A DNA stretch of 32,000 nucleotides, taken from the NCBI GenBank assembly GCA_037444445.1, contig JBBIMK010000022.1, forward strand, positions 1,014 to 33,013, given 5' to 3'. Under the pieces are notes generated by a model. That model worked only from the letters and a program-made list of their open reading frames with translations. It made no database searches and was not told the origin of the DNA. Source of the DNA: a bacterium (GTDB lineage: Bacteria; UBP7; UBA6624; JBBIMK01). Within the stretch, counting starts at the first letter, position 1. Each line of letters opens with the position of its first letter. The translations under genes were made by a program, and so were the position numbers. Below are positions 24,801-32,000 of this stretch, in pieces.

Positions 24801-27800
24801 ACATAGGCGGATGGAGGATGCGCTCCGAGAACAACTACCCGGAAGCTGGCATTGGAGTTGTTGAACCCATCGTTGAGGGTGAACTGGACGGAGTAGGAAC
24901 CCGGTGCGTTATAAGTGTGCTGGCGGGCAAAGGAACCATTGGGAACACCCCCAACATTGAAGAACTCCGCCGAATCACCCCAGTTCCAGGTCACCGTGTA
25001 GGAAGTGTCCGGGTCAGAATCCTCCCACACACCTGTAGCGGTAATCGTGCAGGGCGCCGAGGCGCAGATGTGGATGTCTCCGCTAAATGGATTGGTGTTT
25101 GCATTCAGGAACGCATAGACGCTGGCCGGGTTGTTCGTGAACGGGGATGGGGTCATCCAGTAGGTCATCGTCGCAGTGGATTGCTGCCCTTCATCGTCCC
25201 GAACGGTAAGCGTGACCACTCGCTGTTCCATAATCCCATCACCGTTCACATCCGTGTCGCACACCCCATTGTCCACTACCCCAGAATCAAAACCCGATGT
25301 GAAGGATATGGAGGTGGTGGTGCCGATGTTCCCGGTGAAGGGCGCCTGCGCGCCACCAAAAAACGATGTGGCGCGCTCGTAGCCATCCGCATCTCCGCAT
25401 TCAATCGCCCACTCCATAGAAACGCCGGTGCTATCCGGGTCGTTGCCGTTGATGAAGAAGGTGATGGACAACGGGTCCGCAGGACCGGTGAACTCAAAGG
25501 GCGGGTCGCTGGCATTGTTGTTGCAGGCACTGCTGTCACCCGGGTTGGAGTCGGAGCAGGCATCATCGCCGGAAACCTGAATTTCCGCCCACGGGACATC
25601 GGTGGGAACCGCAAGGGTGATATGCGCACTGGCGGTCTGACCATCATCATCCGTGTAAGTCGCCGTGCACTCTATCTTCCCGACAGCATTGGGGGTGAGA
25701 GGCGGGGAAAGCGTCCAGGCATCCTCATCCGGCACCGGACCTTCCGCAAAATCCGCATTCCCTCCCACTGGGGCAGGCACATTGGCAGCCGGATCGCAGG
25801 ACCAGGAGATGGAATCCGCAGCAGGATTCTGGATGCCGTCCGGGTCATCCGCACGGACATAGAAGGTGAAGGTGGTTCCCGTATTGCCCACCGCATCGTT
25901 CACTGGCGCCGTGTTGTCCTCCACCCGGATGGAGAGGGCGGGTGGCTGTAGGGCATAGACATAAATGGTCACGGTAGCGGTGGAAGTATCCCCCTCATCA
26001 TCGGTGAAGGTGATGGTGCAGGTCCCGGAACCGGTGCTCACCGGCTGAAGCAGGTCAATCCTCTGCACATTGCTCCAGCCGTCATTGGGATTGGTTGCAA
26101 CATCCGGAGCGGTGAAAGAAAAGGTTGGAGTCAGAACGGTGACTGAAGCACCAAACAGACCACCGCAGGTGTCCACCGAAATTTGAGCAGGAGCAACCGC
26201 GGTATATCCATCCGGGTCATCGGCGCGGACATAGAGGGAGAAGAAATGGTCTCTCGGAGCCTGGGCATCCTCGCAATCCCCTCCGAGAACGGGTGAACCG
26301 TTCACAGAGCGCTCGCACGGGCGGTCCGAATCATTCGGCGGAGCAGAACCCGCATCGTTATCCGCATCGTCCCAGACGAGGGCATCAATCGCAGGTGGGG
26401 TGGAGACAATGATGAAAGTAACCGATGAAGTTGCAGTATTGCCCTCATCGTCCGTGTAAGACACATTGCAGGTTTGCGAGCCGACGGTTCCCGGGGGAAT
26501 GGTCAGCGTCCAGACATCCTGGTCGCCGGTAGCCTCCGGGTTGGACCCCGGGTCCAAATCCCCATCAAAGTCCGCATTGACTCCATCCGCAGAAGCGGCC
26601 GTGATTCCACCTGGGCAGGACACGGAGATAACATCCAGAGCAGGATTCTGGACGCCGTCCGGGTCATCTGCGCGGACATACAGCCACCAGGAGGAGCCCA
26701 CCACCGCCACCGCATCCGTGCGGGTGTTGTTCCCGAAACCGGAAGTCGTGTCGCTGTCCACCGGCTGAACATCCAGCGTCGGCGGGTCGGATACCACCAC
26801 CACCTCAAGAGTGTGCGTGGCGGTGGAACCTTCATCATCCGTGTAAACGAGCGTGATGCAGTAATGCCCCGGGTTGGTATAGGTGAAGGTCTGGCTATTC
26901 GGCGTGGCAAAAGGTCCAGGAACGGTAACATCTGCACCCGGGCCGAAGACCGAATCATCTGCCGTGGCAAGGCAACGGGACTGCAGGTCTTCTCCGGGCT
27001 GGGTGTCAAAATTATACGCCAGTGAAGTCCCTGCACCTGCTGTTCCGCCGTCCGCATCAAAGACATCCACAGAGAGGATGAAGGAGTTATTGGTGAGTGG
27101 CTGGACGGAGGCAGAGGTGAGATTGGCGGTGATGGTGGGGTCGGAGTTGAAGGCGGAAAGCGTGGCGTAAATGTCGGAGAAGGAGTTTTCATCATCCGTC
27201 ACCCGGATGTGAACCACATAGGTTCCACCCACAGTGTAAGAAACCGGTCCGAAAGTAAAGCACTGAGTAGCGGAGCCGGCAAAATCAAAGCCATCCGGGA
27301 ATCCAGGGCCAGGGTCATTATCGCCGTAGTTAAATGGGGATGGCGCGGGGTCAGCAGGGTCAGCAGGGTAGGCATCCAGGTTGATTTGAAAGGTTTTGCT
27401 GGTGGCATCGGGGTCCGGGTCATCCGGGTCGTCGGCGCAAACTTCAAAAGTGAATTGCCCGGAAACCGGAGTGGCAACCAGGTCATTCGGCGCTCCCACA
27501 TTGTCCGTTATGGTCGCTTCAATCGTTGGAGGCTCATTCCAGAGCGTCAAATCCAGACCTGCAAAAGCGGTATCGCCCTCCGCATCGGTATAGCGGACGC
27601 AGACGAAGTAGTGCCCGGGTGCGGTGTAAGTCCAGTTAGAAACCACAGGATTGGCAGGCGGATTGGCGACGGTGATTTCAGGGTTAAATCCGGTGGCATC
27701 GCACACATCATCATGGTCCACATCAATCGCGATTTCCCCTCCGGTATCCGGCGGGGTGGAGCCCGGTCCATCCGGGTCGTTCCAGTAGACGCAGAACTGC

Positions 27801-30800
27801 GCATTGGGCGAGGCAGAAGATACCGTGCCCCAGGGAGCAAAAAGGGTGGTAGGGGATGAGCAGTTCGGCGCAGTCCCTACATCCCCGTTGACTTCCACCG
27901 CGGGGAAGAGTTCGGTAATCTGAATCGTCTTATCCGCCCGGGCGGAATTCCCATTCGGGTCGGTGATGGTCACCACAATGTGCTTCGGCCCGGAGGAGGC
28001 GTAGGTGTGCTGGGCGCCATTGGGGTTCCAGGTAATTAGATTGGCACCTATGCCGACGCAGGCAGGGGCACCCGAAGTCAGGAGGGTATAGGTATTCAGA
28101 GCAACACTGGTGCACTGCCCGGTTTCCACCGGGGAGCCATCGCCCCAGTCAACGGAGACATCCAGGGTTTCCGGGGATGCCGTCCCATCATCCTGAACGC
28201 CGATTTGCAGGGTGATGGTATCGGATACAGAGGGGATGAGGAGGAATTCATCCATATTCGGGTTGACCGCAGGTCCAGCGGTGGCGGGCTTGGTGAGCAC
28301 ATCAATATGTACGCCGGGTGCTCTTGTTTCTGCATTGACCACGAGGATGGAAACCGCGGCGCAGGCGTGGTTGTCCTGACCGGCATCGGTATCATTATCC
28401 GGGTCGTTTGCCCACGGCTGGTCGTCATTATCAGTCACCCGGAGGGCGACGATATGAATCCCCTCGGTGAGGAATTCAAATCCCACATTGTTCACCTCAA
28501 CGCCGGTTTTATCCACCGTGAACGGGGTGCCGGGGCGGTAGCAGAAATCGAGGTTGTTGATGGAATTCGGGTCATTGGGGTTGGCAGGCTCAGGATAGTC
28601 AAAGTCCCACTCAAACAGCGGGAGTGGACTGGTGCCGGAGTCGGGGTCTTTGGAGTTGTTGGCGCGGAAGGTGGAAACCACCGGAGCAAGCCCGCCGAGG
28701 GGGTCCACATCTATGGTGGCGGAAGGTCGCTGGTCGCGGGCGGTGATGGTCGCCACCGCAAAGTCCTCAAGCCCGTCATTGTCCACCACGCGCAGATAGA
28801 TGGTGTAAATTCCGGGTTCCAGATAGGTGTAGGTCGCGGTGGCTCCGGATTTTGCACCCTCCCAGTCATCGGCATTCGGCTCCTCATTGAAGTCCCCGCC
28901 AGCGGATTCCAGAATCGTGCACTCGGTGGTGCCATCCCCATCTCCACCCAGCCCTTCGTGTGGAGCCGCAAGGGCATCGTTGTAGTCCGAACAGGTGAAA
29001 TCCCACTGATAGGAAACAATCCCCGCACCCGGGGTGTTCCCATCATCCGGGTCGTAAGAGGCATTGGCGTCGCAGGTGACGGTGAAGGGCGTGATACCGG
29101 TGGTGATGTCGCAGGTGAATTTCGCCACCGGCGGTGGGTTGACATTGATGTATATCCCGATGGCGACCGTGTCAGACAATCCTTCATCATCACAGACAAG
29201 CAGTCGCGCGGTATATACTCCGGAGGCGCTGGAGCCGAAGTTGGCAGTGAAGGTCGCCGGGTCGCTGGGGGCAGAGCAACCGTCATCAAAAGTTGAACCG
29301 GATGGTTCCACCTCCACACCCGCGGGAGCAGTGACCCCCGTATCCGGCGTAATCTGCCACTGATAGACCAAAATCACATTGGAATCATCCGGGTCGGAAG
29401 AGCCGGTGCCATCCAGGCTCACATTGCAGGGCGCAGTGCAGTAAACCGGCGTGGCAGTGGCAACCGCATCAGGCGGAGGATTGCCATTCACCACAATCAA
29501 AACCGTGGTGGAATCGGTTTGCCCTTCATCATCCGTCACCGTCAAGGTCACCTGAAGCGTTCCATCCGCATCGGTGGAGAAGGTGGCAGTATAGGTGGGA
29601 ACGACCCCACTGCTCGGCGTCACCGCGCCGGAAGTCAAACCGCTGGTCGCCCAGGACCAGTTCGTAATGGTATTGGTGCTGTCCGGGTCATACGAATCCA
29701 CACCCTGGCAGGTGAAGGAGAAGGGAGCGGTTCCGGATGTGGGGGCACAGGAGGCGACCGCCACGGGCGGAGGGTTGCTGGTTATCGTGAGGAACACCGT
29801 ATCGGTGTCCGTGTTGGCGGGTGTGTCGTCATCGGTGACTCTCACGGTTGCCACATAGGTGCCCGGGAGGATATAGGTGACGGACTGGGTGCAGGTGGTG
29901 CCGGTGGAGCCTTCGGAGGCAGGGCTGGAGAACTCCACACCGGAGGCATCCGAGAAGTCTCCATCCGAGTTGAAGTCCCAGGAGAAGTCGGCGATGCCGT
30001 CGTTGGAGCCTGGATTATCCGGGTCATCGGAGGCGCAGGCGTTGAGGGAAATGGTGCAGGAAGGAGTGGGAGAACCCGTGAGCGTGCAGGAGGTGGGGGA
30101 AGCCTGAAGAACGGCGATGGGCGGCGGGTTCACGCCCACGGAAATCATCATCGTGGAAGTGTCGGTGAAGGTGCCCTCGTCATCGCTCACCCGGAGGGTG
30201 ACCACATAAGTGCCCGCAGAAGTATAGGTGAAGGAGATGAGTTGCGTGGTATTCGGGCAGGTTCCACCATTCTCAACGGGGGGGTCGGAATAGTCCTGGT
30301 CCGAGTTGAAGTCCCACTCCCAGCAGGTGATACCGTCCTGCGGGTTAGCGTTGTCGGGGTCGTAAGAAGCGTTGCCGTCAAACTGAACCGTCAGGGGCGC
30401 ATTGCCCGAGACGGGTGAAGCGGTAAAGACAGAAACGGGTGGAATATCGGAACCGCCCACCACAATCTGGAGATGGTCGGTGCTGGTTAGCCCTTCGTTA
30501 TCCGTTACGGTGAGGCACACCGTGTAGGTGCCTACATCCGAATAAGTGTAAGACACGGTAGAGGCGGTGGAGTTCACATCCGAGCAGTCGCCATCCATGG
30601 GGTCGTCAAAGTCCCAGGCGTAGGTAAGGGCGCCTTCTCCATCCTGGTCAAAGGAGGAAAGGCCGGTGAAGGTGACGGTGAGAGGTTCACCTCCGTGGGT
30701 GCGGTCGGACTCAATGACCGCCACGGGCGGTGGATTGGAAAGAACGGTGACGAAGGAGGAGGCGGTGTCGGTCTGTGCCGGTGTGTCATCGTCAGTGACG

Positions 30801-32000
30801 GTGAGAATCAGGACATAGGTTCCGGCGGCGGTGTAGGTGCAGGTGGCGGTGGAAGCAGTGCCAGACTGCTCGGGTGTGCCGTCGGCGTTGCAGTCAAAGG
30901 CGTAGTTGGAGATGCCGCCGGTGGTGTTATCCGGGTCGTAGGAGTTGGAACCATCGGCGGTGACGGAGCAGGATGGAGATGAGCCTATGAGGGTGCAAGC
31001 GGATGGGGAGACACCTAAGACGGCTACGGGCGGCGGGTTCACATTGATGAACATAGAGATGGTGACCGTGTCGGTCAGGGAGTCATCATCCGTCACTGCA
31101 AGTTGGGCGTTATAGACGCCGGCGGCGTTGGAGTTGAAGTGAGCGATGAAGGAGGAGGAGGTGCTGGAGGTGGGGGTTACATTGCCATCGTTGGGTGTGA
31201 TGGTCCAGGAGTAGGCGGTAATCACATCGGTATCATCCGGGTCAAAGGAGTCGGAGCCGTCCAGGGTAACATCGCAGGGGGCGGTGCAGAAACCAGGGGT
31301 GGCGGTGGCGACGGCGACGGGCGGAGGATTGGCGCCCACATTCAGGATGGCGGATTCACTATCCGTGTTACCCTCGTCATCGGTTACGGTAAGGGTAACG
31401 GTGTAGAGGCCGGATGCGCTGCTGTTAAACGAAGCGGTGAAGATGATGCCGGTGCCGGAAGTGGGAGAAACATTGTTGGTCGGGGTGACGCTCCAGGAGT
31501 AGTTGGTGATAATGTTCGTAGCATCGGGGTCGGACGAGTCGGCGCCGGTGCAGGTGAAGGAGAAGGGAGCGGTTCCGAAGGTGGGGGTGCACTTGACACC
31601 GGCGACAGGGTCGGGGTTGCCGAGAATGGTGACCCACATCACGGTGGTGTTCGTGAGGCCATCGTTATCGGTGACGCGCAGTGAGACGGGCACAGGACCT
31701 ACATCCGTGGAGCCGTAGGTCCAGGTAATGGTGGTGGAGCCGTTCAGGGCTGAGTTGAAGGAGCCATCGCCGTCCGGGTCCCATTCGTAGTTCGTGATGC
31801 CCTGCCCGTCCGACGGAGGCATACCCTCGTCGGGGTCGTAAGACTTCCCACCATTGAAGGTGAGGACGCAGGAAGGAGTGGGAGCACCCGCGAGCATACA
31901 CGCAGTGGCGGGTGCGGTGATGACCGCCACAGGCGGCGGATTGACATTGATGTAGATGGAAACGGAGACGGTATCTGTGAGGCCGTCGTCGTCGGTGACC
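21866..32000 (-). CDS. giant PKD/Ig-like repeat surface protein (adhesin-like), N-terminus outside window
   Basis: The track start at 31930 is an internal GTG. The same frame stays open to base 32000 and reads ...VTDDDGLTDTVSVSIYINVNPPPVAV..., an ordinary repeat unit. So at least 3377 codons lie in the window. There are dozens of ~95-aa PKD-like units (W.F..DGDFS, SYDPD, Y...GTY.V.L.VTDDEG, NPPPVAV linkers). The C-terminal third holds more diverse beta-sandwich units (YVRADDPDG type). Stop at 21866-21868. Confidence 0.85.
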   Translation of the reverse strand, partial: VTDDDGLTDTVSVSIYINVNPPPVAVITAPATACMLAGAPTPSCVLTFNGGKSYDPDEGMPPSDGQGITNYEWDPDGDGSFNSALNGSTTITWTYGSTDVGPVPVSLRVTDNDGLTNTTVMWVTILGNPDPVAGVKCTPTFGTAPFSFTCTGADSSDPDATNIITNYSWSVTPTNNVSPTSGTGIIFTASFNSSASGLYTVTLTVTDDEGNTDSESAILNVGANPPPVAVATATPGFCTAPCDVTLDGSDSFDPDDTDVITAYSWTITPNDGNVTPTSSTSSSFIAHFNSNAAGVYNAQLAVTDDDSLTDTVTISMFINVNPPPVAVLGVSPSACTLIGSSPSCSVTADGSNSYDPDNTTGGISNYAFDCNADGTPEQSGTASTATCTYTAAGTYVLILTVTDDDTPAQTDTASSFVTVLSNPPPVAVIESDRTHGGEPLTVTFTGLSSFDQDGEGALTYAWDFDDPMDGDCSDVNSTASTVSYTYSDVGTYTVCLTVTDNEGLTSTDHLQIVVGGSDIPPVSVFTASPVSGNAPLTVQFDGNASYDPDNANPQDGITCWEWDFNSDQDYSDPPVENGGTCPNTTQLISFTYTSAGTYVVTLRVSDDEGTFTDTSTMMISVGVNPPPIAVLQASPTSCTLTGSPTPSCTISLNACASDDPDNPGSNDGIADFSWDFNSDGDFSDASGVEFSSPASEGSTGTTCTQSVTYILPGTYVATVRVTDDDTPANTDTDTVFLTITSNPPPVAVASCAPTSGTAPFSFTCQGVDSYDPDSTNTITNWSWATSGLTSGAVTPSSGVVPTYTATFSTDADGTLQVTLTVTDDEGQTDSTTVLIVVNGNPPPDAVATATPVYCTAPCNVSLDGTGSSDPDDSNVILVYQWQITPDTGVTAPAGVEVEPSGSTFDDGCSAPSDPATFTANFGSSASGVYTARLLVCDDEGLSDTVAIGIYINVNPPPVAKFTCDITTGITPFTVTCDANASYDPDDGNTPGAGIVSYQWDFTCSDYNDALAAPHEGLGGDGDGTTECTILESAGGDFNEEPNADDWEGAKSGATATYTYLEPGIYTIYLRVVDNDGLEDFAVATITARDQRPSATIDVDPLGGLAPVVSTFRANNSKDPDSGTSPLPLFEWDFDYPEPANPNDPNSINNLDFCYRPGTPFTVDKTGVEVNNVGFEFLTEGIHIVALRVTDNDDQPWANDPDNDTDAGQDNHACAAVSILVVNAETRAPGVHIDVLTKPATAGPAVNPNMDEFLLIPSVSDTITLQIGVQDDGTASPETLDVSVDWGDGSPVETGQCTSVALNTYTLLTSGAPACVGIGANLITWNPNGAQHTYASSGPKHIVVTITDPNGNSARADKTIQITELFPAVEVNGDVGTAPNCSSPTTLFAPWGTVSSASPNAQFCVYWNDPDGPGSTPPDTGGEIAIDVDHDDVCDATGFNPEITVANPPANPVVSNWTYTAPGHYFVCVRYTDAEGDTAFAGLDLTLWNEPPTIEATITDNVGAPNDLVATPVSGQFTFEVCADDPDDPDPDATSKTFQINLDAYPADPADPAPSPFNYGDNDPGPGFPDGFDFAGSATQCFTFGPVSYTVGGTYVVHIRVTDDENSFSDIYATLSAFNSDPTITANLTSASVQPLTNNSFILSVDVFDADGGTAGAGTSLAYNFDTQPGEDLQSRCLATADDSVFGPGADVTVPGPFATPNSQTFTYTNPGHYCITLVYTDDEGSTATHTLEVVVVSDPPTLDVQPVDSDTTSGFGNNTRTDAVAVVGSSWWLYVRADDPDGVQNPALDVISVSCPGGITAASADGVNADFDGDLDPGSNPEATGDQDVWTLTIPPGTVGSQTCNVSYTDDEGNTATSSVTFIIVSTPPAIDALVWDDADNDAGSAPPNDSDRPCERSVNGSPVLGGDCEDAQAPRDHFFSLYVRADDPDGYTAVAPAQISVDTCGGLFGASVTVLTPTFSFTAPDVATNPNDGWSNVQRIDLLQPVSTGSGTCTITFTDDEGDTSTATVTIYVYALQPPALSIRVEDNTAPVNDAVGNTGTTFTFYVRADDPDGIQNPAADSISWSCDPAANVPAPVGGNADFAEGPVPDEDAWTLSPPLTPNAVGKIECTATYTDDDGQTASAHITLAVPTDVPWAEIQVSGDDACSDSNPGDSSACNNNASDPPFEFTGPADPLSITFFINGNDPDSTGVSMEWAIECGDADGYERATSFFGGAQAPFTGNIGTTTSISFTSGFDSGVVDNGVCDTDVNGDGIMEQRVVTLTVRDDEGQQSTATMTYWMTPSPFTNNPASVYAFLNANTNPFSGDIHICASAPCTITATGVWEDSDPDTSYTVTWNWGDSAEFFNVGGVPNGSFARQHTYNAPGSYSVQFTLNDGFNNSNASFRVVVLGAHPPSAYVSETTDPADVGDPSLTLDDFTGGLGAGSYTTDYNAFGVEPGGTAVERYKDCRFTGAGDATWDQSTFPTPDVNNTTNVSDPLSCTYTAVGQYVILIRNVRENCTLSDPENPNNPGYNDFTDDCRSDASATVVIFDRPPSAYILEDDGVATGGNPTPTLNDLTGIVPPNYVVNLTAYGVDDDVHLDNPPVQNNRGVTSTWSVAPSGTCTSPGDTTTCTFTDADVSGTAQFTITLTNTDGTGNSRSATLQVMILDLPPSAYILENDNPADVGDPSPSLDDLTGVPTYNVDLICRGVDPEGGAVTCSWTTTGAGASCTSPGATTTCSYPATGQQTVTLTETDPDGDSSTASLMVTIFEWDPDANIRERDTDGGGPDSPDDPSDLVGSAPFTASFTSQASDIDNAGAITNREWDCAVSPPVTGNFTSDGTGVDFDCSYATPGVYIAALRVTDDEGSQAMSTTQVVVLSSLQPTADIRENTGFNTLSRAQNLNDVFIAPGPTGFTLDAIGVDPDGGAVTYDWDCDNLGGNPGTFSVDISGSPINCNYTAPGVYGPWLRVTDDESQQSYSAYVVVVYNIPPTLSVKSNGSDCNLIGSVLPSNLVNGFNGFGAPNLPFENICLYAEPSTSDDLDATGVEIWYDLNLDGDFNDAGEGPYSAGALVPFDPTVFTPPQGQYTIPVCIQDESDVEFGSPCDFGIDGNDSESWAYITVEVNETDGYTFADDGHPAPPYADALATNANTGISAPFSITGALSLYGTTPATFNFYGFADDPDDGTLGLNDPSEISWCWETSDNLNPAGCDSTAQNPSFTFNTNGLKNVYLKVCDDEVLDANAIPGGPFANCNDLFTAWLALPPTHANSDASLDIYVTEGRCAAAFHKVDPSYGWPDPSAGGFPVEFIGASLCAGSPWQDIGWHYHFGDGGFVDNDVPPTTALPYVEVHDSNGPTHFFQSPGQFYTVLTVEDENTFAKSKATVTISATDWPLFP

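Noticed and set aside
24533-25951. Long plus-strand ORFs (472 aa here; also 28205-29296 at 363 aa, 29519-30418 at 299 aa, 27209-27859, 31103-31684 and others) antisense to the giant gene.
   Set aside because: All lie inside, and antisense to, the continuous 10-kb PKD-repeat frame. Their products are low-complexity Gly/Arg/Val-rich strings with no motifs. That is the expected by-product of the biased GNN/NNC codon usage of the sense gene.
31928-31930. Track-assigned start (GTG) of the giant ORF at 31930.
   Set aside because: The frame has no stop between 31931 and 32000, and the upstream codons encode a normal repeat unit (VTDDDGLTDTVSVSIYINVNPPP). The real start is therefore beyond the window.

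Overview
This 32-kb window comes from an unidentified, moderately GC-rich bacterium. Lipobox lipoproteins and a System I cytochrome c maturation cluster suggest a diderm. I can support about 20 protein-coding genes and found no rRNA, tRNA or CRISPR.

Layout, left to right:
- 1-1186: a Gly/Cys-rich ORF that is open at the window edge, followed by a markedly AT-rich polytopic membrane protein gene.
- 1346-3096 (minus strand): a class V aminotransferase and a JAB/MPN metalloprotease.
- 3232-8437 (plus strand): a tightly packed run of ccmA-ccmB-ccmC-ccmD, a GT-C-like membrane protein with a TPR tail, and mtnA.
- 8.4-18.9 kb: nearly every intergenic gap holds a copy of a 43-46-nt palindrome with core GGGGTC(T/A)GACCCC. 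Two paralogous HUH/Y1 (RayT-like) transposase genes sit here, each bracketed by these palindromes, which is a double REPtron-like arrangement. The same stretch carries an LTXXQ-type secreted protein, an MBL-fold hydrolase, a 1384-aa repeat-rich surface lipoprotein, a VWA lipoprotein and a HIBADH-family dehydrogenase.
- 18911-32000 (minus strand): an alpha/beta-fold protein, a 675-aa lipoprotein (Ig-like domains plus 7 propeller-like repeats), and a giant PKD-repeat protein of at least 3377 aa whose 5' end lies outside the window.

Most notable observations:
- the REP family with its two resident transposase genes;
- REP arms that supply or overlap stop codons;
- a perfect 564-bp in-frame duplication inside the surface lipoprotein gene;
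- the giant adhesin-like gene.

All family assignments come from motifs read by eye and need HMM or BLAST confirmation.
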